Origin: Setoptus koraiensis
Lineage: Eukaryota > Animalia > Arthropoda
Assembly: GCA_048013815.1 (NCBI GenBank)
Contig: CM106585.1
Location: forward strand, 23,684,001-23,748,000
Reading direction: 5' to 3'
Length of the DNA stretch: 64,000 nucleotides
How positions within the stretch are numbered: position 1 is the stretch's first letter; every line of letters starts with the position of its first letter. Under the pieces are notes generated by a model. That model saw only the letters and a program-made list of their open reading frames with translations. It was not told the origin of the DNA and searched no databases. Below, in pieces: positions 50,226 to 62,204 of this stretch. The position numbers and the translations under genes were made by a program.

Positions 50226-53200
50226 GTAGTAGTAGTGACGAACAATAGTGGCACGTAAGGTGTTACGTGTATTCTGTGTTGGTGTCCAGTGTTATCGGAC
50301 AACAACAACAACAACAACAACAACAACATGAATTGTATTGTTGTTGTGTGTGGTGATAATGATTACCATGTCAACATGTTGTCAACAGACAACAATTAGA
50401 CAACTCAAGTGCTCCCATTTGCTATGTATTTAACTAACAGTTGCGCGAGTGTCTAGACAGTGTCTACTCGACAAGACTAGACAATCAACAGGCCAAACAG
50501 AATAGACGCACACGATGCACGATCAAATAGAGACAACAGGTGAGACAACAACAACAACAACAACAACAGGTTAACAAGTGAACAAGCGAACAGGTGAAAC
50601 AGTCAGGCAGACAGTCGGACAGGTAGAGAGAGAACGGGTAAACAGAAACATAACAGGTAAATAGGTAAACAAGTGAGTGTGTTTGTGTGTCATTGATGAT
50701 TGCGCAATTTGATCATTCATCAATGTTCATTCATCATACTCGATAATGGTCATAATACAACCAATAATGGCTTGTGTGATACCACTCAAATTGAGTCACT
50801 CAATTGTAGCGACCGGCATGAAAGTGTCCAGACAGACAACGTGACCACACGAGCAAGACCATTGGTCAGTGAGTGAAATCATTGCTTCTACCCGCATCGA
50901 AAATTCACTTGTTTACATCTTTTTGTTACTTTGTTTGTTCGTTCGTTCGCTCGCTCGCTCGCTTGCTTTGTCGGTCGTGATTTCTTGTAAGGAATGGCCA
51001 TTCTTTTTAAGCGATCTCATGCGATCTCGTGCGATTGATTTGGATACATGCTGGCAAGCGCATAATCCAAATCAATGATGACTAATTCAATTAGCTCACA
51101 ATTGTCAGTTGGAAGCGCTACCATGCTAATGTCATCATATTTGATTATGACACTGCTACTTGATTACATAACTGGACCTACTGACATAATCGTACCACCT
51201 GAGCTGGCGTGCATACCAAGTGTGTTGCACTTGGTTGTCTCACTTGCTCATGGCACGACCGGCACAACAGGCAACGACGTCAACGGACGATGATTATTTC
51301 TAAACTTCTTAAACATTGTTTATACTCTAGTATGTTTGTACTGTGCCATGTTTATACTCTAGTTTGTTTATGCGCAATACTGGTGCAAATAATAAAAGAT
51401 CAACTCTGATTCGGCTAAACAGAGATCTGATCTGATATTGTTAGCAGGCAAAGTGAACTGCTAATAATAGGACCATTCAAATACTACCAAGAGCCTTATG
51501 TAACCATTGGCTGGTTGCTATCAAATTGTGCCTTTGTTTGTTTGTAAGGGTATTTATGTGCAATTTGATGGCATTAGTGATGATGATTTTGCGCTTCTAA
51601 TTTCCTTATTTAGTCCATTATAAACATAACATAAAAAATAATGAAAGGTCTAAATAGAGAGCGAGTGTATGTGTAAGACGAGACACAAGACAGCCTAAAC
51701 TGAGCCAGACCGAAGCATAAAGATTCGTGTAGATGCGCCAGTGAGGGGAAATAACAAGAATGGAAGCCAGGCAACGATGAAAGGTTTAATTGAAACTATT
51801 AAATTGATTCTTTTGATATCGATCCCTGTGAGCTGAACATTTTTTGTTTGTTTGTGAGCTAACTGGAGCTGTGGAGCAAAGCAACACACAACCGGCTAAT
51901 GCAAATGAGCTACATGCAAGCGATTGGCATATAAATTATTGAATGTTGGTTTAGTCTGGCCATTATCATTAGTTGCGCAATAAAACAGGTGATTGGTTGC
52001 TCTGTTTTGGCGTTTTTGCTGAACGTTTTGCGAATTAAGAAGGAAAAAGTGAATTGGATTGGATGGCCAATCAACGGGCCGTTTGTCGTGAATCGTTTTC
52101 ACTAAAACTGTTTGATTCACTTTCTATTTGATTCACTTTGTTTCGTTTTTATGCTCTCTCTCTCTCTCTGCCGTTTGCTTATGTTTGTTTGTTGTTTGCA
52201 GCAGCATCATTTGATCTCGTGTTCGTGCCAATACATGATGCAACATTAATTGTACTGATGCACACACTAAATGGTTGTCGCTGGTTGTTGCCGGTTGTTG
52301 GCAGCATTGGTTGTTTGCATGCGGCGGCCATTCAATTTGTGTGCGATTACTTGACCAATGCACGAACGCATCATCAGCGAGCCATTTGTTTGTGTGTGTG
52401 CAACAGGTTGATTTGATTTATTTTGATTTGTTGCTGTTATCAAGAGAGACTTTCATTATGTAATCAGCCTGCTGATGGCGTCGTTTAGCTGATGACGGTG
52501 CACTACTCTGCAATACCGAGTCTGTGTATGTGAGTGTGTTGATAGCGAGCCGGGCTCACTTTCTCTTATTCTCATGCTCATTCTGGCCGCTCTTGCCAAG
52601 CTCATTCTGGCCGCAAAGGGCTGCCACGGCATTACGCAACTATTAATAGTGGCCATGCAACTCGTTGTATGATCCTATGATATCATACATGTGAGAGAAG
52701 CGAGTAATAACATGTTGTATAATGGTCGCTCTCTCTAATATTCTGGTGGTAGAGCGTCTATAAAAGAGAGACGAGCAACAACAAATAAGCGCTGAGATAC
52801 AATGCAAATAGACAGCAATTGGGCAGATGATACGCCGGGCCATCATTGTTGATCACCGTCATATTTTTAATTTATGTTGCCTGCTCATCGCAGTTATTAA
52901 ACAGCAAATGACGTTCGTGTCGTTATAATTACATTGTACCACAGCCACAGTGTTGCCCAACAGCAACAACCTGTTCCCGACTAGCATTTGATTCAAATGA
53001 GCGAGTGTGTGTGTGTGACCGGCACATCCATTGAGTGGCATCCGTTAGCGAGCGGCCAGTTACGCAAATTTGCTTCGCAGCCACATCGATCTCGCTCCAA
53101 TAAACCCGATAAACTGATACGGACCACACACAAACAACACCCGCCATTGCGCAACTCTCACCTGGTCACTCACCTGGTTAGTCACCTGGTCGCCTGGTCG

Positions 53201-54959
53201 CCTGGTCGCCCGGTCGCTGTTGTCGCTGGCACTGCCATCATTTAAATATTCATTCAGATATTCATTCAAACACCCGTTCAAATGTCCGACAAATATTCGC
53301 TCAGATAGTCGCTCATAACATTACGTAACAACTATTTGCCGCTAATAATCAATTATTACAATTCAATGTAAATAATAATATTGCTCGCCGACATCTCACA
53401 AGCATCTTATCATCACTCGTGGTCAGAACAAACAAGCCCGAGGCACTCGCTCACTCATTCATGGGGCTCATTTTGTGAATGGTAACGGTTGCTGTTAAAT
53501 AGCCAAAGACAGCTGAGACGGCTAAGGTGACCCAAACAAGTCTGATAAATACGGTACAGCCCGCCAATTCAAGATTCGATACCAGAGGTTACAAGAAACG
53601 AGTTGCCATACCAACCGGCCAAGGCAGTGGCAATAAATGTCCCACATGGCAGATATTTATTTTATATGTTCACGGAAATATATTTGTTGGTCGTCGTGGT
53701 CGTGCTTGCCGTTGTTGCTGCCGTTGCTGTTGCTGTTGTTGTTGTCGTGCCTGCTCAACAATGTTAAACAATTTTCAACTGTTTTCAACTGATCGCCGAC
53801 AAACTCGCCACCAAACAGCATCAACAGTTGTCAGTGATCAATCAAAAACTAGCCAACAGGTGACATAAATTGATTTGGTCACCTGTTCACGTTTGATGGC
53901 CTGACACGATCGTAATAAATAAACTAATCACGTCCACTGTGTCATATCACTGTCTCTGTTGGCGTGTCGGTGTGCCGTTCGCTCTTTGTCCGCTTGTCTG
54001 TCTGTTTGTTTGTTTATTTGTTTGTTTGTCCAATTGTTTGTTTGCCGATCTCACTGGCTCGGCTCGGTTCAGTTCATTTAGGCTCACAAGAAGTCGGCAG
54101 TTGGGTTATGTAAGCGAGCGACACTCATTAATGAGCCAGCAATCACACGCTTCATTTGATCCGACTTTTATCCGATTTCTATTCTCTTTGCATTTCTCTT
54201 GGGCACTCTTTTGCATAGCCAACAACGCCGACAACATCCACACTAGCGACAACAGCAACAACAACAGCAGCGACAACTACAGCAGCGACAACAACAACAG
54301 CAGCAACAACAACAACGACAACAACAACAACGGCTGTAAAAGATGTTATAGATAAAGAATGAGGAAGCTTCTTCATGAGACACTTGCCAGAGGAACTGGC
54401 TTGCCGTTGTTGTTGTTGCCGCTGCTGCCGTTGTTGTCGTTGCTGCCGCTGTTGTTGTTGATGCTGTTGTTGTTGTTGCTGCTGCTGTTGTTGCTGCTGT
54501 TGTTGTTGAAACGAACGGCACTTGTTGTGTGTGTGTGTGTCTCTTGTTCTAACTGATAATAAGTTTAATAGAAAGAGAAGATTGAAATTGGGCTAATTTG
54601 GCTTCTTCTCTCTTTTAGTGAGCGCATTGCATTTAATGATTCGTCGTTGTCGTCGGTGTCGAGTCGACTACTATCCACACGACCGGCAGCCCAGTGAAAG
54701 CAGCCAAAGATGATCGAAAGTGGGCAATGCAAATCTCACTGTTGATAGTAATTCTCTCCTTGGCTTTTCTCAAACTCTCTCAAATTCTCGACACAAGCAG
54801 ACAGCTATTATTCATCTCCTCTCCATCCATTCATTGACGGCTACCTGGCTAGCTGCTCGCCGGGCTGGTTAGCTAGTTGGTTAGCTTGCATGCTTGCTCA
54901 GTGGCCGGCATGCATCGTCGTCGTCGTCGTCGTATAAGTGCGATTTGCCCATTCTGATT

Positions 54960-54993
<34 letters not shown>

Positions 54994-55531
54994 ATGATGA
55001 TGACTTATCTTGCGATGACTAAAAAAAGAAGACAACACAACGGCAACCAGTTCTTCGCCAGTTCTTTTTCTCTATTCATTCTGCTGTTAGTTGTTGTTTT
55101 TTCACCATGTTTGCTTGCTTATGTAACATGTACTGGTCTGTTGTGTTGCTCTAGCAGTTACTATAGTCCAACAAGGCGGGTAAGGCCAGTAGTGTTGTCG
55201 CTTTGGCTTGATCAATTCAATTTATTCCCACTTCCAGTGCAAGTGAAACGCCGACGACGACGACGCGAAATCAAATAAAAATAAAACTAAAAATCATACA
55301 ATCTAAATCAGAGTCATTGGGCAAAATTATCGGCAAAATTGTACTCAAATTCAATGCTATTCAATCGCCGGCAATAACTTGGATGAAGCGAGTCGCTGTT
55401 ACGCACAATTACAAGCATGCCAAGAGCGACATTTTTTGAATTTCCATCCCACTAACAATACGCGCCGAATATTTCCGTAATTGCGTCTCTTGTTCATTGT
55501 CTTTCTCTCGGTGTGTCTGTCGCTGTCGCCA

Positions 55532-55585
55532 GCAAGACTGTCGCTGGCAAGACCGTTGCTGGCGAGACTGTTGCTGGCAAGACTG
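55532..55585. repeat. 15-bp minisatellite, ~3.6 diverged copies
   Basis: Unit GCAAGACTGTYGCTG with single substitutions. Confidence 0.8.
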
Positions 55586-56848
55586 CCGGAGACCCACACA
55601 GCGACAAGACACTCATGCTGTTTGTTGGTTTTGTTGTGTGAGTGTCTCTTATTTATTATTGTCACCAAGTCGGCGAGCTTGTTCATCATTTCGAGCACAC
55701 CAATTTTTTACCAGCGACAGCCGCTGCCGATGAATGTTGTGGTAAAAAATAGACAACAAACACACAAGATTGATTGGGCTTGCATTGACAATTGTGAGGC
55801 AAAGTGCTCAATATTGTCAAGTGAGACAAGCGAAGACAAACAATGAATTATCCATGCGCTATCATGTGAGGTGCTTGAGGTGGTGACTTAAAGTATGACT
55901 GACTGAGCATGTGACACCGCCAACAGGTGAGTAGTGCTGCACTCTGTTGCACTCTTACGTAAGTTGTAGCGCACACAGGCTGCAGCCACCTCACAATGAT
56001 CACCTCACAATGATCACCTCACAATGATCACCTCAATGATAATGACCACCTGTATCACCAGTGTCGCCAGTGTCGCCAGTGTCGCCAGTGTCGCCCGCAT
56101 GATACACACTGTATAAGCAGTATCAGCTGTGTTACCTGTATTAGACAGGTTGTACCTACAGGTACGGTAATATAGTGTGTTGCGATTGCGCAACACTTAT
56201 TAATACGCAAACAAGCGCGTCTGATGGCATGAGCAGCCATCATGAGCCGGCATCATCGTTGATGAGGGTGCTACCGCTCATGCTAACTGCGCCACAGCTT
56301 GTGATTTACTGGCTCAACTGACAACTGTCGCAACTCCGACTCGCCAGCTCATGCCGCCAAGCCACTAATAATGACAGTCACTAACTCGCTCGGTGGCTTC
56401 TTTTTTCTGCCACTCGACAAAGTTCACCTAACATGCAGCTCACATCAGCTGGTCGCATCTTCGCTGCCATCTGTAGCTGTGTAACTTGTGCGGCGACTTT
56501 TGTATTGGCTCATTTCATCGACTTGATGTCAGCCGTTATTGTCACAGCGTCGTGTCGATGTTGTCGGATTATTGTCGGTGTTGTCGACAATGTCGACAGG
56601 TCACTGTTGTTGCCGTCGTGTCTCCGTTGATGATGCAACACAAGCAACACAAGCAACGACAATGACGACACTGACACTCACTGGCTGTGCTCACGCTGCA
56701 TGCAGCGCTCAAACAACTGTCACCAGTCAAGTTTATGCGCTCTCTTTCTCTTTGTCAGCTACACTGTCTCTAAACACACACCGACTGACAGTGGCACAGG
56801 TGACCCATTGCTAATCAACATCGGCTCCTAATTAGCCCTGGCTACCCC

Positions 56849-56910
56849 CGTTTGATTAGCCGTTTGATTAGCCGTTCGATTAGCCGTTCGATTAGCCGTT
56901 CGATTAGCCG
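56849..56910. repeat. 12-bp minisatellite, ~5 copies
   Basis: CGTTTGATTAGC x2 then CGTTCGATTAGC x3. Confidence 0.88.
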
Positions 56911-57630
56911 TGTGTTTAGTTGGCCACTCTCTTGTGATCGCTCTTGTTTTGCTTTTATTCGCTATCGCTGCAGCTTTTTGCTACCTGAGCAGCCGCTCAG
57001 CTCACTCTGGCAAACGGAACATTTTCCAATTGACTTTTTGTCTATGTGTCTGCGAATCATTATTTGTGCGTGAATAGCAAGCGAGCGACTTGACAGCGTT
57101 CGCTTCATTGCGTCGACATTATCCGTTTGAGAATGCGCCGAGAATGCAGGCCGCCTTGCATTGCTTATGCAACCACGACAACACTGACACTTGCCTGTCT
57201 GTTGCCGCAGTCGGTGTTGTCGTCGGTGTTGTTGTCGCCGTCGATTGAGTGCAAGTTTTGAACGAAAACAAGTGAAAGTGATCGCACTTGTTGCACTGCC
57301 GGCGATCAGTGCGCATTGTGGCCAAACTGTCAGACTATCGGCAGCCGGTTGGGTGACATAACACAGCAACAATAGCAGCAGCAAGCGACGGTTGTTGTTG
57401 TTGTTTTACATGCCGGTATGATGTGTAATAATGCCGATATGATTTGAGTTGTTCCTGTTTGTTGAAATACTCACACCGCTGCTAACTGCCGCTAATAGAG
57501 CTACAATGAGCAGACACACTTTGCTGCAGTTACATTGATGCCAATTGGCGCCACTTGTTGTTTTGTTGCCAACAGTCGCCACTACCTGTGAATAGCTGTG
57601 AATATGCGCGCCGACCGAATATCGATCATT

Positions 57631-57726
57631 GGCTCGGTGGCTCGACGGCTCGATGGCTCGACGGCTCGACGGCTCGATGGCTCGATGGCTCGACGGCTCG
57701 ATGGCTCGACGGCTCGATGGCTCGAT
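57631..57726. repeat. 8-bp tandem array, 12 copies
   Basis: GGCTCGA(C/T) units; the first unit is GGCTCGGT. Confidence 0.92.
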
Positions 57727-57868
57727 AGAGCGTTAAATCGGTTGATCGTTTGATCGTCTGACCGGCCGATGGTTGCCTCATCGCAGTGGCCCGCAATGGA
57801 CGAATGCGTTGTTGTCGGTGTTGCCATTTTTGTTGTCATGTATCACTGTCAAACTGTGCCTGTGCCAG

Positions 57869-57923
57869 ACCAACAAGTGACCAACAAGTGACCAACGAGT
57901 GACCAACGAGTGACCAACAAATG
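57869..57923. repeat. 11-bp minisatellite, 5 copies
   Basis: ACCAACAAGTG x2, ACCAACGAGTG x2, ACCAACAAATG. Confidence 0.88.
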
Positions 57924-58781
57924 TAAGTGTTGGCAAGACACTTACACTTGTTAGTCGCTGGCAGTTAGTGTGTGTGCGTGTGTGTTGGCCAGTTGACCAC
58001 ATCACAGCCTTGTTACGTAACTTGGACACAGGGTAAGTTATCGATTGTGAGATTGTGAGTGTGCGAAAGCTGTGAGAGCAACGGCAACCGTTAACGGTTC
58101 ATGTCCGGCAACAGCGTACGCACTGCAAAAACAATGTCCTTTTGTTGGACAGGCAACATTGGCTGTGCGTGTGTTGCCTGTTCTTGATATAGTTTGTTCA
58201 CAAGTTTGATTGCGACGCCAATACATTCGAGCTGCAATTGCAGGCCCTCTGTTGCCCGTTTATGTAAATGTCTAATCATCAATGTGTGATGATAGCTACA
58301 AGTTACGTCTAGTTACGTCATTGTCTTACCGTCCATGGTACATCCAGCAAGGTCCAATGTTAACTGTGTGTGTTACACTTGACAGTAGTGTGAGCACAGC
58401 AAACAAGACATAATACGCGGGACATGATGAGAGTCACTTGTAGAGAGTCTAACAAGAGCAACAACAACAGCAACAACAACAGCAACAGCAACAACTTGAA
58501 ATATAACAGATACGAGCGATTAAGATGAAAAACAAACAACGACATCCTTTCATCACAATTGACCGGCCAGCCAACTGACAACAAGTGTATGTGTTGTGCT
58601 CTCGTTCTCACTCTCACTCTCACCAACGATCAGCTGCTTGTCAAACTAACAAACTCAAGGTATGTGTGTGTCGACAATACAGGTAGTGGCAGTGATTTGA
58701 TACATCAATGATATACTAACAACATTGCGTAATCATATTTGTGTGCTGTAACACATGTGAGAGAGTTGTCAATAGTAATAA

Positions 58782-58831
<50 letters not shown>

Positions 58832-59713
58832 TTGTTGTTAGTGGTAGTGCTGTCATTACTGGTAGCGCCCTCATTATATGAGATATTGCAAGCATGAGAC
58901 AATCAACAGGTAGATTAGTTGTTTGCTTCAATTGTGAATTGTGCACTGTGATGCAACTGTGATATAACTGTTAACAGGCACTGGCTAACGTGAACATTGA
59001 AAAGCGTATCGGACAAACAAACGCTCAATGCCCAACACACAAAGCCAACAAGAGTAATCTAGATAGACACTAATCTCTTTTGCTCATCGGCAATTTCTCG
59101 AGCCGGCTATTTCCACTGCCACTGCCACTGCCATCGCCATCGCCAGAACCATTGGCACCATCGGCGCCAACACTAAAATTCTGCCCGAATTGGTTGCGAA
59201 ATTCTTCAAATAAAAGCCAGACCCAGATAGAGGTGCACAGATAGTTGGCGTACCTTTGTTTTTGTCGCAACACATTGTCCTTTATCGCACAACTTCATCA
59301 ATCGGAAGTGCTGGCTAACTCGAGCCAACCTGTCGTCCATAAGATACCCCATATTGGCACTGTTGCCAGTGTTGGGTATATCATTGAACACACGTCAGTT
59401 TACAAGTGAAAATCAAGTACTTGTTGTGTAACAATAACTGTGTGTCTAACAATATTTTACGCCGAACAACATCTACATTTGGCAACTAGGCACGGCACAC
59501 ACACACCGATATTTCTACAAACTTACTAAAACAAACACAAGAGATACAAATAGTTGATTAGCGACTTAAACACTCGTTGTTGTTGTTGTTGTTGGTGTTG
59601 GTGTTGTTGTTGTTCATCTTTCCTGCAACGATGAGCGTTTCCGGCGAAACTAGAAACGAGCTTCAACAAGTCGAGCTTGTTTTGCTCGCGAAGGTTTCTT
59701 TTGTTTCGCCCAG

Positions 59714-59749
<36 letters not shown>

Positions 59750-61767
59750 CCGCCCGCTTACTGGCACCAACAATCACAATATACATGCAATACGCAAGCA
59801 CCACCACCACAACAACAACACAGGTAAATAACACAGGTAAATAACACAGGTACATAACTCAGGTAAATGTGTGACCATGTGATCATCGAGACGATGGCGG
59901 CGATCTGGGCGTGCAACTTCGCAGCAACACTTATCATCGTCATTATTTTATCCTTCAACAAGCCTCTTCTCAGTGCCATCAACAAATGTTTGCCACAACG
60001 GTATCGCACCACAGCAAATGTGTTAAATATTGCACTGATTGATGATTGGAGTCAATTCAAAAGTCGGATATGCCACACAAGCGGCAGCAATTGTCGTCTG
60101 ACTTGTTTCGCCAAACAGTTGAGCTGGCGTTGATTAATTACAATTTCAACCATTTCAGCTCATCCGGCTCCCGCATTCTGACTTGATTAGAATCTTCAAT
60201 TGGCACCCATCTTGTCAATCTCATTTCGGCTCATTTCGGCTCATCTTGGCTCATCTCGGCTCATTTTGGCGCTATTTTTAGTCCGTTGTCTACGCTCGCT
60301 TGTGTACTTGTTATATTTTACAATTGTTGCTTGAATGTGCCAAATGAATGTCGACTGACGCTAAAAAGCCTAAAATTGCCGTGCTATCACGTTCATTTCT
60401 GGCCAACAATTTGCCAACAATGACAGACAAAGTGCAGAGACGGTTAATTTAATCTTATCTTATCCGATCTGCTATCTTGTTGCCGTTGTTGTGCCAGAGT
60501 CTTTTAAGATATAACACGCAACACACAGACAGGCGAGTGTATCAACGCTGCGGCCCATAAAAGGTGAAAGAGGATGCCAGCGCAAAACGACAAGACCACA
60601 AATTTAAATGGATGGGTGTCTCCTGATTAGATTGAATCCAATTTGGATCTTATCTAATTTGCGACTGTTTGTATTCTATGCAGCTTGTTGCAAAAACCTT
60701 TATCGCATGCATCGTGAAATACTGCAATTAATTCATACATTTGTCGGTGTTGGCGTGCCAACTTGCTTGCTGGCCGATTTTGTGACAACACTGTCCGACA
60801 GCAACGACCAACTGGTCGCAGGGCAGTTGCAATCGCCACTGAAGAGTCATTGACCAGACGAAAGCGCTGCGTTAGACGTCGCTATTTTTAACACTTTGTT
60901 ATCCGTCATTTTCTGTAATTCTTTTGCACACACACACAAACGACAAAACATTGTCTAACAAGTTCAACAAGTTGTAAGTGTTCAACTGAATTAATGAATG
61001 AAAGAATGAATGAGTCCAGTTACACAACACACATGTTACGTGCGCTCTCTTGCGGCCAACAACAATTACGCTCACTTTGCCCGATCGACTCACGTTGCTC
61101 TGTTGCGTAATGAGACTAGAAACGCAAACAAACAACAAGACAAATAATTCAAATTAGTTTTTATCATAACACACACACACTTGATTATATCGCATTACGT
61201 CATTAGCTCATATGCTGTGGTGATATGATCGGCATGATGTTGGCGCTAATCGCATGAGGCATGTGGGCGCCTCATGTTGCCCAATGTGGGCTAAATTAGC
61301 TCACCAGCTTTGTGTTGTTTGGGTGCTAATTCTGGCCACTCGAATGTTAAAGTCGCTCAAAAATTGCACTTGTTGCGTGTCTTGTTTGCGTCACTTTTCA
61401 GTGAGAGTGCCAAGCGATGAGCCGTAATTGGCCCAACTGTCGGTCATAACTGTGTGGTCACAACATCAGCTGTCGTTGTTGTTGTTGTTGTTGTTGTTGG
61501 TGTTGTTGTTGTTGGTGTTGGTGTGTGACACGATTCGCCGCTCATCGGAATAGATTATTCGAAGCCTATTCAATTAGCGCTCACAAAACACTCGCTCGCA
61601 TGTATCACAACTCGCCATCGCCCCTCACGTTGACCGTTAGCCGAGCGTTGAGTGAGCTCGTTGAGAGCGTTTCGTTTAGACCGTTGCGTCTAGACCGAAC
61701 ATTTCATTGGGAATAGCAAGCGAACGAGTGACTGGCCAGTGAAAGCATCTGCCCATCATCCACTCAC

Positions 61768-61861
61768 CTGACACCGACACAATGCACAGCAGTCGCTGTG
61801 CCGTCGTCAAGTTTGCTGTGCTGCGCCGACTTTCCTGCCAGATATTTCCACTTGGAAACAT
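61768..61861 (-). CDS. Candidate first coding exon (possibly of Cda5)
   Basis: ATG-initiated MFPSGNIWQESRRSTANLTTAQRLLCIVSVS ending at a consensus donor CAG|GTGAGT in phase 1, matching the phase-1 acceptor at 24824. A pyrimidine-rich acceptor lies just upstream. No homology support. Confidence 0.27.
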
Positions 61862-62173
61862 CTGAATGGCTGCCAGAGAGAGAGAGCGAATTTTGGCTAA
61901 AGTTTGAAATCATCAAATTAAAAATAATGATCTTACCGACCTAACACTGACTAAAACTGACCACTCACATGGACATGCACTGAGGCAGCTTTAAAGTAAA
62001 GCAAAACTGCACTAGCAGAGGCATGAATGGAAAAGCATGGGAAAAATTGTTAGAATGCGACGAGTCGCTTGGTAGTAGCTGAAACAAAGGCTGCTGACCA
62101 AGAATGGCCGAGCCGCCGACAAAAACAAAGGGCACCTGTTGTTGCGTGCGTCTTCTTCTATTATTTTGTGCCG

Positions 62174-62204
<31 letters not shown>

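Noticed and set aside
29131-57923. Direct-repeat arrays as possible CRISPR-like structures
   Set aside because: Units are head-to-tail with no spacers, there are no cas genes, and the context is eukaryotic.
59070-59400. Higher-complexity island with several overlapping short ORFs and a minus-strand donor (AAG|GTACGC)
   Set aside because: No frame gives a recognisable peptide, the hydrophobic stretch derives from a GCAGTG repeat, and no consistent exon boundaries were found.
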